This document shows, piece after piece, positions 1-14,259 of a stretch of DNA of 64,000 nucleotides (position 1 is the first letter of the stretch; the number at the start of each line of letters is the position of its first letter). The DNA lies in the NCBI GenBank assembly GCA_051294375.1, contig CM119265.1:18225567-18289566 (forward strand), written 5' to 3'. A program made the translations under genes and the position numbers. A model generated the notes under the pieces. It did not search any database. It saw only the letters and a list, made by a program, of their open reading frames with translations, and was not told where the DNA came from. The DNA comes from Paraspadella gotoi (taxonomy: Eukaryota; Animalia; Chaetognatha).

Positions 1-1169
1 CTCTTTCCCTCTCTTTCCCTTTTGTCTTTGGCTAAACCAAGAAGTTAGTCTCACCAAAATTTGCTCTCAGCGTCTTATGCAAATATGTCTCGGAAAAGTT
101 TAAATTGAAAGCTTATTTCAATATTAAAAGTTTTTTAATTAAATCGTACTGTAATTTTTTTTTTCCACGCCATAACTGCACCATATTTTCTACTTTGCAA
201 TCTCACGCATTAAACCGCCTTCAATTTCCTAAGCGCCCCACCCCCCACCCAACCCCAACTGGAGTTTCCCGGCGTTTCCGAGTCTTAACCCTGATTTTTC
301 CTCGAAAAATAAAAAAAAAGTTTTAATTCGGATTTTTTCCTTCTTTTGTTTTAAACTCAAATTTTATTGTATTTTTTCGCCGAACCGCGTCGTCATTACG
401 TGAAAAATATTCAAAGCAATCTCTCTTTCGCTCTCTCTCTCTCTCTCTCTCTCCTTCTCCTCTCTGCTCTCTTCTCTCTCTCTCCTCTCTTCTCTCTCTC
501 TCTCTCTCTCTCTCCCGCAAGGAGAATTCGAGGGTTGCCTCCACGGCCCACAGCTCCCAATTTCCACGTCTCTCCTTCAATTGACCACCCCTCTCCGACA
601 CCTTCTGTCGCTCTTAGGTCTTAACCCCAAAAGTCAAAACCATTTTGCCGACTGCTGTTCGTATGTTTTTTTGTTAAAAGTGCAATATGTTCACTGACGT
701 TTTTCATTGCCAATGGCTTAATCACGCTCTGAATATTTAAGTTTTATGAATTTCAAATCGATCGTCGGCCTTCAACCGAACTTCCTCACTATCATCAGCC
801 TCGACATTGTCGACAATATTACCTTTGAAATTGTCATCTTCTTCATTGTCAACTTCTGCGCCATTTTCGACGACGGCTCAACGTTTTAGCCTCCAGCGAA
901 CCAAATTTCATCTGCGTGAAAAACTTCGCCTAGTGACGGAGGAAAATAGGCTTAGGGACAAAAGACAAGCAGACGAAAAGAAAATCACTTATAGAAGGAT
1001 AAATATAGAATGAATATAGAAGGACTAATATATGAATATAGAAGGACTAATATATAGGAAGGGCATGCAAAGGACACAGGGAAACTGCGTACTTAATTCA
1101 CAAGGAACGACGCATAAAACAGAAGCAGACGGAAGAAATACCAAAGGAGACATTTTGTAGCGGTGCAGT

Positions 1170-1327
1170 AAAAAGTGCACACAAAGCACTGCGCTCAAAG
1201 ACCGGATCTTAAAGCATGGCGCTCAAAGCTAGGCGCCCAAAGACGGACTGACAAAGCAGGGCTCTCAAAGTCGGGCGCACAAAGCTGGGCGCTCAAAGCA
1301 ATGCGCTCAAAGACGGGCGCACAAAGG
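1170..1327. repeat. Degenerate ~14-bp tandem array (GCGCTCAAAG-NNGG-like), possibly a transposon subterminal repeat
   Basis: About ten GC(G/A)C(T/A/C)CAAAG motifs at ~14-nt spacing. The overlapping ORF 1175-1756 simply reflects this periodicity. Confidence 0.55.
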
Positions 1328-1490
1328 AGCAGCGACGCGAGGAGGACGGACGACGGACTTGGGGCGGAACGAGAGCCTGAGTCCCGCGGGGGCAGAAGGG
1401 CAAAAGTTGTTGTCGGGCATCCGAACGAAATTCGAGCAGAGAGCGGGGAACAAAGTGAATTTTCCATGGGGCAACAACCGCCGCGTTTCG

Positions 1491-1576
<86 letters not shown>

Positions 1577-1773
1577 TCTCTACCCTTAATGGAATCTCTC
1601 TCCCTCCCAAAAAATGGCATGAATTTTCGTGGCCTTTGGAAACAAATTCAAATCGGAAACAAACAAATAAAAAACAAAGCGCAAAAGTCGGCGGATTTCG
1701 GCCGCGGTTGGCATCGCGACTTTTCGCGTTTTGGATGCGAGATTCACGATCGATAAGAGAATGTAAATTCGGA

Positions 1774-1875
<102 letters not shown>

Positions 1876-3229
1876 CACGAAAAACGAGTTTCTGTTTACA
1901 AACGCCATCTGTGGCGAAGAGTCTCCGCCACAGAAAAAAATGGGTTTTTTGTTTTGGTTCCTTTTTTTTTATATGAGAGCTTTTTTTCCTTTTTTTTTCT
2001 TTTTTTTCAAAATTTTAGTTCTGTTTTGTACCAAACGTTGACTTCGTTAAAAAAAAAGGGGGGGGGGAACGGCGAACGCGTTGAAATTTGAAAAGTAGGA
2101 TTTACGAACGAGTTGTTGTCACGTGATTCGCTTCTTACTTACAAAGGTCCACTTTAAAATGGGAGGTGAAACTTTTTGGGCATCCTTTTGACGAATCTAA
2201 GAACAGATGTCAAATTTTAACGTCGATATCAAATGTCTATATAAATAGTGTTATTTAAATCGTTTAAAAAATGAAAAAAATTTTCAAAAAATTTAGGATA
2301 AGATTTCTTTCGATATTTCAACATGTTCCTTTCAATTTTTTTTTTTTATCCTCAGCCTATTCTTTTTCCGCTCTTTAATATTCGGTTCATCTCTTTCCTC
2401 CTACACCTCTTTTCCTCCCCTGTCTTTTAGCCACATTCTCTATTATTCGGTTCATCTCTTCACTCCTCAACCTATCTTTTTCTCCTCTCTTCTCCTTCCT
2501 CTCTTCCATCTTTACCCACTCTTTACTCCATAAACTTGGACGTCACTGTCAAAGAGACGTCCTGGATTTCGTGGCTAAAAGGTCTCTCAGTCTCTGGCTC
2601 AAACTCTCGGTCGACGCCGAAAACGTCATTTCCGGTGACACTTCCTCGTTTTTCAGATGACATTTCCTCATTTTCGTCGCCATTACGTCACTTTCGCAAC
2701 ATTACGTTGGGATCGATGCCATTACGTCTGACTCAGCCACTTACACTTACTTACGGTGAAATTTGGTTTATTTCAGAAACAGTACATCAAAGGAAGTCTC
2801 ATCCTTGTCGCATTGTTGTCTTCATAGTGGAGCTTCTATTTATTCGTGTAAAATGAAAACAACGAACATTCAGAAAATGCCTTCTGCGGAAGAGGGCGCC
2901 ATACAACATTCCTATTAGTTTGTTTTCGTATTTTTTTGCAATTTACTAAACAAACATTAATTTCGTCGTTTGATAATATCGTGTTCCTCTTGAATCTTGG
3001 TTCCACAAAGTCCCATCTTAAGTGAGACATCTGGCTTAACCAGTTGTCAGTCGTCAGATTTCTCAGTTCCTCCAAATTTATTTCGTCATAACACTTCCCC
3101 CCCCCGAGTCCCCCCCTCCCTCTCGGTATATCCTCCCGCCATTCCTATGGGTCCCCTCTTCTGCTAAATGTTCACCATCCTAATCTACTCTCTTTCACAC
3201 ATCCAAAACCAATGACCACACTCCTCCCT

Positions 3230-3299
<70 letters not shown>

Positions 3300-3886
3300 C
3301 ACACACACACGCAGCTGCCACAACCCTCTCTCACCACCCCAAAAACCGATGACCAAACTCTTCCGCAAGTTCCGCTGTGTTCATTCTCCCTCGAAACGAT
3401 TCATAAATAAAGATGCGAGACGATTAAACGAGACGACTTCCCGACCTAAACCCGGTTCGAGGCTAAGGGGCTTATTTACTCCTCCCATAAAAACTGAGAT
3501 TCCCGAATCTTAGAACACGAATCGAAATATCTCTGTTTCCCGCGCAAACCTTTTTTTCGGTCGCACAAATAAAAAGGCAACAATTTCTAATTTCCCGGTC
3601 GGGTCTAAGAGATGAAGTTGCCATTTTTTCCCCCGGATCTTTATCAAAATAGCTAGATCCCGGAAGAAAACTGGATTTGAATAGCACTTTTATCCTTTAT
3701 ATTCATTTCGTTACATGTTCCCGATTCCCAGATTTTTTTTTCTGCTATTTTATTCTTTCCTTCTTTACTACGTACTTAACTATGTACGTAACTATGTACG
3801 TATCTTCGATAATACTGAGGAGGCTGGTTTTACAGGGCGCCACACCCGCAGCGGTGTCACCTCGTGGCGACAGCGAGACAGCATAT

Positions 3887-3967
3887 TCATGTAGTCCAGA
3901 GCTTTGGATCTGGCAGTAGGCCCATGCCTACAGGCGGGTTACCCGGTCCATCCCACTTTCTACATGA
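3887..3967 (-). ncRNA. Twister ribozyme, type-P5 permutation (copy 1, cleanest)
   Basis: Minus-strand RNA: UCAUGUAG AAA GUGG GAUGG ACCGGG U^AA CCC GC CU GUAGGC AUGG GCCUAC UG CCAGA UCCAAAGC UCUGG A CUACAUGA. P5 8 bp, P3 6 bp, P4 5 bp. L4 UCCAAAGC matches the twister UCCCAAGC loop, and its CCA pairs with UGG of L1. The GC/GC second pseudoknot is present. Predicted cut between 3941 and 3940. Confidence 0.8.
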
Positions 3968-3975
3968 CAACCTCA

Positions 3976-4026
3976 GGGCTCGAACCAGGGACGCACATTG
4001 AGATGGTGCATCAGTCCACTGAGCCA
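3976..4026 (-). promoter_or_regulatory. Type-2 Pol III internal promoter-like A and B boxes in the LTR
   Basis: Minus strand TGGCTCAGTGG (4026-4016, A box) and GGTTCGAGCCC (3986-3976, B box), 29 nt apart, directly upstream of the twister. Confidence 0.6.
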
Positions 4027-6963
4027 CTGAGGCGCTGCGAAAGAAACAGCTTTAATCCATCTGTGGTGATAGAACCACCAGAATACTTTCTTTCTTTCCA
4101 TCGTTCTCGTCCCTTCGTTCCTTTTTCCGTTCCTTGAGGTTTAACACAAACTTTGTCACGAGCGATCCCCGTTCCGTCGCTGGCTACTCGCTCAACACTG
4201 TTGAGTCAACAGCGTACACCCTTCACGGCCAAGTGAGTCGCCTTCCTTAATTACCATTTCCTCGGTTTCACTCGACGGGAGACTCTACTCTCTCACTCTC
4301 ACACACTCTCTCTCTATCCCAGTCACCGACGCCTCTTTCTGTTCTTCGGTCGCACTTCACAGTCTCGCAGTTTCACTTTCTCTCCCTCTCTCTCTCTCTC
4401 TTTCTCTTTCCCTCGTCTTCACATCTCTGACAAGAGTAAGCCGAACTCAGATAACCTTTTCCAGATTTGACGGATAAAATTCTTTTAGGAGATAAAACGA
4501 CGATTTAAAATTTTAGACGCATGAATCTATAACTTTTTAATTTACACACGAACTTAATGAAAATAAAAATATTACTTTTTCGTCCTCAAGAAACGTTAGA
4601 TTCCTTTTCAGTTTTTACTCGTGTCCTTTTCACGAATCAAAAGATTTGACCTATTGACCCCGAAACGTCACGTGACCGTGTTCCCGTCACGAATCCCTTC
4701 GAACAATACGTTTTTTTGGGGTACCAAGACGATGACCTCGCTGCTCTTTCTCACCTCGTCTAATTTGTTCGACGCTGGAAATCGATGACTTCGCTTCATG
4801 TCTCTGCTCGTCTCCCAACGAGGAAAGGCTTTGGCGTTTTTAGTCGAGGCCGTTACGATTCAATACAGGAATCGTGGATTGTTTAGGTCAAGACTTGGGT
4901 CAGAGTCCGAGTGAAAGTTTTTTTTTTTTTTTTTTTTCTCGAGAGAGACAATAAGGAATAAAAAGTGAAAAGCTCCATGAGCGATGAGGATTGCCTTTCC
5001 AGCGCACTTTTTTCTCATTAGATATAATTGTGGATTCAAAATATTTATAATTAATGATTTATTTAAAATATGGTTTATATATTGTCTACAAATACGCGTC
5101 ATAGAAAAAGAAAAAAACTGCTCATTAGCGGGAAATTTGGATCACTGAAATAGTAGCCGAGAGAATGGGCAGTGGGCAGTGGGCAGTGGGCAGTGGGCAC
5201 GCTTTCTGAGAGAGTGAGCGAAGGAGACGCTGTCGGTTGAAACAATTCCACCGCCATTGAGAAAAAAGATCGGATAAAGAAGGAAATACGAGCGATAAAA
5301 GGAGCGAAAGCTGAAAGACTGAAGATTGAGACAATCCTTTTCACAAAATAGATAATACTTTTATTTTTAAAAAAATATAAAGAAAAAAGTCGAGAGGGAA
5401 TTCGATTTCTTGTCCCGCGATATAAACGGATATATCTAACCCGACATTTTTACGGTTTTCATTTAAGTCAAAAAGTGTTTTGTGCTGAGAGTTTTCTTTT
5501 TAAAAATCTGCCTTTTTTATTTCATTTCCTTCTTTTTTTCCCTTTGAATGTTTAAATCATTCCTTCACGCCTTTAATTCTCAGTTGAATACGTAAAAACT
5601 GAAAACGTTAAAAGTGAAAAAAAAAGTGGCTGGTTTAAATTTATCGAGCAAAAAAAATGAGGGCCGACGATATATAATTATAACGTTCGAATTTAAAAAA
5701 GGCTTTAAAAAGGACATAAGATCTATGCTGCGTTTATCACTGTTAGACCACCCCNNNNNNNNNNNNNNNNNNNNNNNNNNNNNNNNNNNNNNNNNNNNNN
5801 NNNNNNNNNNNNNNNNNNNNNNNNNNNNNNNNNNNNNNNNNNNNNNNNNNNNNNNNNNNNNNNNNNNNNNNNNNNNNNNNNNNNNNNNNNNNNNNNNNNN
5901 NNNNNNNNNNNNNNNNNNNNNNNNNNNNNNNNNNNNNNNNNNNNNNNNNNNNNNNNNNNNNNNNNNNNNNNNNNNNNNNNNNNNNNNNNNNNNNNNNNNN
6001 NNNNNNNNNNNNNNNNNNNNNNNNNNNNNNNNNNNNNNNNNNNNNNNNNNNNNNNNNNNNNNNNNNNNNNNNNNNNNNNNNNNNNNNNNNNNNNNNNNNN
6101 NNNNNNNNNNNNNNNNNNNNNNNNNNNNNNNNNNNNNNNNNNNNNNNNNNNNNNNNNNNNNNNNNNNNNNNNNNNNNNNNNNNNNNNNNNNNNNNNNNNN
6201 NNNNNNNNNNNNNNNCACCCCCTCTCTGTGCCACACCTCCCCTACTCCCTTTTCCTACACCCCTCCCACACCTAACTTTCGCCCCCACTCGCTTTACGTC
6301 GTTCCTCGACTCTCCTTTGTCCATGAAAGTCAACGGTGCGCATCGGTTGCTGCCGTTTACCGGCGTTGCTCCCATCTCCGGACCCCTCCTCTTCCTCCTC
6401 CCCCTTCCCTCTCCTCCTCCTTCCGTTACCTTCCCTCCTATCTTCTTTCCCCCCCTCTTTTCCTCTCTCCTCATTTGCATAAACGCGGCGACCGTCACCG
6501 TCACACACAAATAAAAAAAAATCGCGCACACATACACACACCACGAACAAAACGCGGGTGGGGAGAGAGAAATGGGAAGAAGAGGAACCACAGAGAAAGA
6601 CGAATGTATGGAGTCATGTTTGACTTGTTGACGTTTAATGGCGACGAAGACGAGAGAGGAGAGAGAGAGGAGAGAGAGATCTCTCTCTTTGTCTTGACAT
6701 TAAATAATATTGTACAATGTACATGAAAACAAATGTCTCTATTATTATTCTTATTTTCTTCTTTCCACTTCACCCTCGCTGTCCTTGTAAATCATAGTTT
6801 ATTTTATAGTACTTTCATATTTTTATATTTTTTTCTTCTCTTAGTTTCTTCAGTTCATTGTCTCTCTTTGATCTCAGGTCAGCGAGATTTAAATAATATT
6901 TCTTGCTTTTTATCTCTTGCCTTTGTCTTCCCTACAACTCTTCGCAGTTCACAATATCTCTCT

Positions 6964-7091
<128 letters not shown>

Positions 7092-7380
7092 ATATGACGC
7101 AATTCGTCTTTGTTTCGTTCGTTTCCTTCTCCGCTTCTCTCTTTGTCTTTTATTCCGACTCTGACTCTCTTTGTCTCTGTCGTCGCATCTCTCTGTCTCC
7201 ATCCGTCTCTCGAAAAACCACGCGCTGCGGTCTCTCTCTAATTTACTCATTCTCACTTTATTTCCTTTTTCCCCATTTTTCTGTTTATCGACTATAAAAG
7301 CAAAGGGAAAAAAATCCGAGAGAAATGAACAACAAAACAAATCTACTTTTATCTGTTTATTCGCTGGAGGTAATTATCTA

Positions 7381-7498
<118 letters not shown>

Positions 7499-8434
7499 TT
7501 AACAAACAAATTCGTATAATATTTTCCTCGTTTGATTAAGTTATACCTTTCTCCGCCTTCATGTTTCCCTCTAGTTTTCATTTTGACAGTTTTTTTTTCA
7601 TACCCTTTTTTATTCGTTTTAAATATAAAGATTTTTAAATTTTTTTTANNNNNNNNNNNNNNNNNNNNNNNNNNNNNNNNNNNNNNNNNNNNNNNNNNNN
7701 NNNNNNNNNNNNNNNNNNNNNNNNNNNNNNNNNNNNNNNNNNNNNNNNNNNNNNNNNNNNNNNNNNNNNNNNNNNNNNNNNNNNNNNNNNNNNNNNNNNN
7801 NNNNNNNNNNNNNNNNNNNNNNNNNNNNNNNNNNNNNNNAAGGATCAAGTTTCTATTTTCGTCTCGCGACGAGAATTCGCGGAGAAAAACATTTTCGATT
7901 TGACGGAGACATTTTCTCTCTTTAAAGTAAGTTCATCAGACATTTTCTCTCCTTTTTAAAGTAAGTTCATCATTAATTATATNNNNNNNNNNNNNNNNNN
8001 NNNNNNNNNNNNNNNNNNNNNNNNNNNNNNNNNNNNNNNNNNNNNNNNNNNNNNNNNNNNNNNNNNNNNNNNNNNNNNNNNNNNNNNNNNNNNNNNNNNN
8101 NNNNNNNNNNNNNNNNNNNNNNNNNNNNNNNNNNNNNNNNNNNNNNNNNNNNNNNNNNNNNNNNNNNNNNNNNNNNNNNNNNNNNNNNNNNNNNNNNNNN
8201 NNNNNNNNNNNNNNNNNNNNNNNNNNNNNNNNNNNNNNNNNNNNNNNNNNNNNNNNNNNNNNNNNNNNNNNNNNNNNNNNNNNNNNNNNNNNNNNNNNNN
8301 NNNNNNNNNNNNNNNNNNNNNNNNNNNNNNNNNNNNNNNNNNNNAAGAGAGAGATTTGGTTGTAACCATTTTCTAGAATCCATTTCTTTCTTATTTCTTT
8401 CTTTTCATATTCTTTTTCTTCTCTTTCTTTTCTT

Positions 8435-8495
<61 letters not shown>

Positions 8496-10004
8496 ATGTC
8501 TCTCTCTCTCGTCTCTCTCTCTCTCTCTTCTCTCACTCTCTCTCTGCTCATCTCGATCTCTCTCTCTCTCTTCTTTCTTCTCTCTCTCTCTCTCTATTTT
8601 CTTCTCTTTCTCTCTCTTTTTTTTTTTTCCTTTTTCTCTTCTCTCTATCTCTCTCTCTTCTCTCTATCTCTCTCTACATCTTCCTCTCTCGTTTTTTTTC
8701 CTTTTTCTTTTTCTCTCACTCCCTCTCTAAACATTTTGGGAAATCACTTCCCGAAAAAGTTTCTATTCTTCCGCTACAAATCGGTTGGCCCGTCTCCCGG
8801 CCTCCCCGCCCGCCGACCGCCCGGTCTCTTTTTTCAATCCGCCCTTCCGGTCTTTCGGCCACCCACGCCTTCCGGTCGGCACCCTCAGGTGTTAGAATTT
8901 CATTTAAAGACGGCGAAGCGGCCCGACAATTTCGATCCCACTCTCTCTTTTTCTTTTTTTCTTTACGTTTTTCCTCCATTTTTTGGCAATTTTCTTTTTT
9001 GCCCTTTCCTCCCTTTAAACGCAGCGGAAAAGCAAAATCTTTTTGACTTTTGTATTCTCTATCGACCGGAAGAACAACGACGACGACGACGACGACGACG
9101 ACGGCGACAGTGACAACGACAAAACTCCGCCTAGGAATTTCTGTTTCTTTCCGTCTTGGGCGGAGGTAAGGAAACGTGCGCGGGATTGCGGGTAAGGCGA
9201 AGCGATATCGGTTCCTTTACTTACTTTTCGTAGTGAGATACGCGTCTGTCAGTGATGCCTTCCGTCGTTATATTCACTGAGGTTTCCTTCCAGTCCACAT
9301 CAATTTTTCTTTTTTCGGTTCCAACGTCGAGTCGACTTTCGATGTCGTCAAAAAATTATCTTTTTTCCAAAGATGACTCTGACCTCTATCAGAGATTTGA
9401 TGACCTCTTGACCTCACCTCTCTTAGATCTCATACTTGGTCTTTGCGAGTCTGACGGATGTTTGATATTAAGTCATATTGCTTAAAATATTATCTTCCCA
9501 TCATATCATCATATACAGTTGCCCCGTCCGCCTTTTCTTTTCTCACTTCTTAGTTATGAAATTTTCATTGTTTCCCATTAATAATTTCCTTCATGATTTT
9601 ACAATTAATTTTTTATGACTAATTCATTAATTTTCTATCCTTCCGTATTTTCCTTTTCCTTTCTACCTTCCTCTTTTCTTTTTATTCCACATCTTCTTTT
9701 TCTCTCCCCCATTTCTTTTTCTGTTTCCGGATAAAAATCGGGTCTCGGCAGAGCGCAAAGGCCCCTTTCTTCTAAATGGAGGATTTGTGAGGATTTTCTT
9801 TTTGATTTCCAATTCAGCTTCGATTTTCGCGGGTTTTGTTGACGTTTCCTCTTTTTTTTTGTTTTCTTTTTTTATAATGTTTAAGGGGTGTTTTAATATT
9901 TTTTTTGTGATTTTCTTTTTAGGTTTTATTTCGCAAATTTTTTGGGGTTTTTTTTTACTTTTGCTCTTCTATGTGTTCCTGTCTTTCAAGAAAAAGAAAG
10001 ATAG

Positions 10005-10047
10005 ATGATTAAAATACATTGTTTAAAATTTGTAAGGTTTGTGAGAG

Positions 10048-10131
<84 letters not shown>

Positions 10132-10650
10132 CTTACATTTGTTGTTCTCATTAGACGACGATTGTACTCGCATTTACGTAGTTCATTTTTTTATGAAGTA
10201 TTTGACAAGTTAGCGACTAGTGAAGGTTTGATAAATATTTAAAGAAGGAATGATAATTCTTGTTATTTCTACGTCTGATGATAACCGGGGAAATATTAGC
10301 AACACAAGAATGAATTTAAGATTTAAAACCGCGGTTGAAACGGGCTAAAAGAAAAGGAAACAGTTAAATAAATAAAATTAAATAAAATTAATAAATAAAT
10401 TAAAATACATAGAAATTGATGGGGATCAACTTCTAGACTTTCAAACTACAAATTCAATGTGGTAAAAAAAAAAAATATATATATATATCATTGTCGAATG
10501 ATATCGAATGTCGAATAATAAGAGAGCTGCTTATACGGTACGAGTGACGAGCGTTTATGTGACAAGAGGCTCCGAATACAATTAATCTGATTTACAAATT
10601 TCGGTTCTCTCCCTCGAGGACCATGCATAAATTTATCACGGGAGCGGGGC

Positions 10651-10681
<31 letters not shown>

Positions 10682-11051
10682 GATTCGACTTTTTTTTTTT
10701 ACGCATGGAGTCGGTTTCGCGCGACGGATTTCGGTGAATAAAAAGTTGTGATTCTCAAAGAGTTTCTGGCGACTCGAGCTTTAACTTTTATTAAAATCTT
10801 TACGAGCTAAAAAAAAAAAAAAAAATTACAAAAAAAAATTACTTCGGGGGGAAAATATAATAAAAATCTTACGGTTCACGCTCGTTCATTCATCGTTTCA
10901 TGGAATATAAACGTGGAATGAATTATCTCCGAGTGAGACGATTTTTCGAGGACACCGGAAAAAAAAAGAAGACTTTTTCCTTTTTTCTCTCGTCGATGGG
11001 AGCCAAGCACGAGAATGAGAAAGTAATTAAACCATGCCGGCTCCAGACTCG

Positions 11052-11120
<69 letters not shown>

Positions 11121-12745
11121 AATGAGGACTATGAGGTATGGATGGGCCGGCCAGTCGTTGACCGGAGCGTTAAGTCGAATCATTTCCGGTCCCGATCTCC
11201 GCCCGGAATTAGAGAGGGGGGATTAAAGGGGGGGGGAGAGTTTTTCGAAAAATTCAAATGATGTTTATTTACATTTAGTAACTAATTATTACATGTATAA
11301 GCCAGGCATTAAACCCCAACGGGATTTTTTTTTTTTAAGGTTCTCTCTTTTTTCGAATGTTTAACCTTAAAAAAATGTTTACGTGTCTATAATTTGGTTT
11401 TCTTTTATGGCATAAAAGAAAAAACTAACAAATAAACCCAGGAACTTTATGATGAATAATTCATCCGGGCAACCGTTTGCCGTCAAGCCCTCGAATCGTA
11501 AATCGGAAATCGATTCGGAATGTTTAAAAGCCGAATCTTTAATTGGGATCGATTCGGGATTCGATGCGAGCGGCTACAATATGCAAATGTGATTTAATGA
11601 CAACAATCGTAAGAACGCGGAATTTTCTCAGCTCTATCGTTTCGTACCGATGACAGGGAAATTATTTACTGCCATGTGATATACATTCCGATGAGTACTA
11701 CTCTAATGGATATGTCAGTAAAAAGGGGTTCATTTCCTCTTTTTTGGAGAAAAAAATGAGCTTGTAAAAAACTCATAATTTTCATCGAAAAATCCAATTA
11801 AGAAAATGCGAAAATTATCGAAATTCGAGATAAAAAAAAAACATAGAGAACATCGATTTCCTCTTTCCGCTCGTCACAATTAATTTTAAATTTCTTTTCG
11901 TTTCCATTCAATTTTTTTATTTAAATAGGCTTTTTTAAAAAATTTCTCTTTTCTTTTTTAACCATCTTATATTTTNNNNNNNNNNNNNNNNNNNNNNNNN
12001 TTAATTGTGACGAGCGGAAAGAGGAAATCGATTGTTCTCTCATGTTTTTTTTTATCTCGAATTTCGATTTTCGATTTTTCGATGAAAATTATGAGTTTTT
12101 ACTAGCTCATTTTTTTCTCCAAAAAAGGGGAAATGAACCCCTTTTTACTGACATATCCATTAGAGTAGTACTCATCGGAATGTATATCACATGGCAGTAA
12201 ATAATTTCCCTGTCATCGGTACGAACGATAGAGCCTGAGAAAATTCCGCGTTCTTAGGATTGTTGTCATTAATCACATTTGCATATTGTAGCCGCTCGGC
12301 ATCGAATCCCGAATCGATCCCAATTAAAGATTCGGCTTTTAAACATTCCGAATCGATTTCCGATTTACGATTCGAGGGCTTGACGGCAAACGGTTGCCCG
12401 GATGAATTATTCATCATAAAGTTCCTGGGTTTATTTGTTAGTTTTTCTTTTATGCCATAAAAAGAAAACCAAATTATAGACACGTAAACATTTTTTAAGG
12501 TTAAACCATTCGAAAAAAGAGAGAACCTTAAAAAAAAAAAATCCCGTTGGGGTTTAATGCCTGGCTTATACATGTAATAATTAGTTACTAAATGTAAATA
12601 AACATCATTTGAATTTTTCGAAAAACTCTCCCCCCCCCTTTAATCCCCCCTCTCTAATTCCGGGCGGAGATCGGGACCGGAAATGATTCGACTTAACGCT
12701 CCGGTCAACGACTGGCCGGCCCATCCATACCTCATAGTCCTCATT

Positions 12746-12811
<66 letters not shown>

Positions 12812-13510
12812 GTCTGGAGCCGGCATGGTTTAATTACTTTCTCATTCTCGGTGCTTGGCTCCCATCGACGAGAGAAAAATGGAAAAAAGTCCTCCTTCTT
12901 TTTTTTCCGGTGTCCTCGAAAAAATCGTCTGCACGGCGGAGATAATTCATTCCACGTTTATATTCATGAAACGATGAATGAACGAGCGTGAACCGTTAAG
13001 ATTTTTATTATATAAGAGAGAGATTAAATCAGATTAATTGTATTCGGAGCCTCTTGTCACATAAACCGCTCGTCACTCGTACCGTATAAGCAGCTCTCTT
13101 ATTATTCGACATTCGATATCATTCAGACAATGATATATATGATATATTTTTTTTTTTTAGCAACATTGAATTTGTAGTTTTGAAAGTCTGAGAAGTTGAT
13201 CCCCATCAATTCTATGTATTTTAATTTATTTATTAATTTTATTTAATTTTATTTATTTAACTGTTTCCTTTTCTTTTAGCGCCGTTTCAACCGCGGTTTT
13301 AAAATCTTAAATTCATTCTGGTGTTGCTAATATTTCCCCGGTTATCCATCAGACGTAGAAATAACAAGAATTATCATTCCTTCTTTAAATATTTATCAAA
13401 CCTTCACTAGTCGCTAACTTTGTCAATACTTCATAAAAAAAATGAACTACGTAAATGCGAGTACAATCGTCGTCTAATGAGAACAACAAATGTAAGTAAA
13501 TCTCTCTCCT

Positions 13511-13545
<35 letters not shown>

Positions 13546-13549
13546 ATCT

Positions 13550-13591
<42 letters not shown>

Positions 13592-13628
13592 AAACCTTAC
13601 AAATTTTAAAACAATGTATTTTAATCAT
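10005..13628. repeat. Inverted duplication (10005-11883 vs 12001-13628) across a 25-N gap; probable assembly artefact
   Basis: The arms are reverse complements that differ mainly by 1-bp indels (ORFs 11034+ and 12605- are nearly identical). The right arm lacks ~10610-10855. Confidence 0.85.
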
Positions 13629-14223
13629 AATAGCTTATATAAAAAAAAAAGGCTTCTCTCATAAAAAAATTGGTCGTATGGAAGAGATGTTCTGGACAAG
13701 AAACATGATTTCGTGCCCCTCGCGTCGAAGAGATTCTGGCGGAGGCCATCTTGAATTTCCGGCGCGAATTATGACCGGAATCCGTTCGATCCCGTCTGGG
13801 GCGGCGAGAGGAAAGAGGAAGAGGAGGAAGGAAAGGAGGAGGAGGAGGAGTAGGAACGATGAAAAAAAAGTTTTCCTGCGTTGACAATTCGAAGTACACG
13901 TGCGAAAAAAAACCTTCGGGGTGCCCAGTGCCCACTGTATCGACTTTCGACCTTTGGCATCCCGGGGGCGATTCTGATTCGGTCGAGATGGAACCGTGAT
14001 CGACCTCGAGGTGATTCCAATAGCAGCTCACCTCCCGCCCTCTCCCTCCTCGCTCTTCACCTACGCTCCTGGCATCTCGGGAGTTGCGAGGGGGGAAAAC
14101 ATGGAATCGGAAGGGAGAAAGAAAATTGGGGAAAAGGGGCGCGGCCTCTGTTCTGACCTCTTGAGGCTTCGGCCGATAGAAACGTTGGCTCTCTCTCTCT
14201 CTCTCTCTCTCTCCTCTCTCTCG

Positions 14224-14259
<36 letters not shown>

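Larger units (their letters stand above)
3816..4082 (-). mobile_element. Solo LTR of the twister-bearing non-autonomous LTR element
   Basis: Near-identical to 42001-42262 and 42453-42716, with the same end points (TGA..GAGGCTGG to ACCACCAGA on +). Flanked by the direct repeat ATAC at 3812-3815 and 4083-4086 (4-bp TSD). Confidence 0.85.

Noticed and set aside
1170-1327. CRISPR-like array
   Set aside because: The units are ~14 bp, degenerate and have no unique spacers, the context is eukaryotic and there are no cas genes.
10005-13628. Large inverted repeat as a foldback element or hairpin-RNA locus
   Set aside because: It is centred on an exact 25-N gap and the arms differ by scattered 1-bp indels, the pattern expected from over-filled long-read gap closing. 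Needs spanning reads before being believed.
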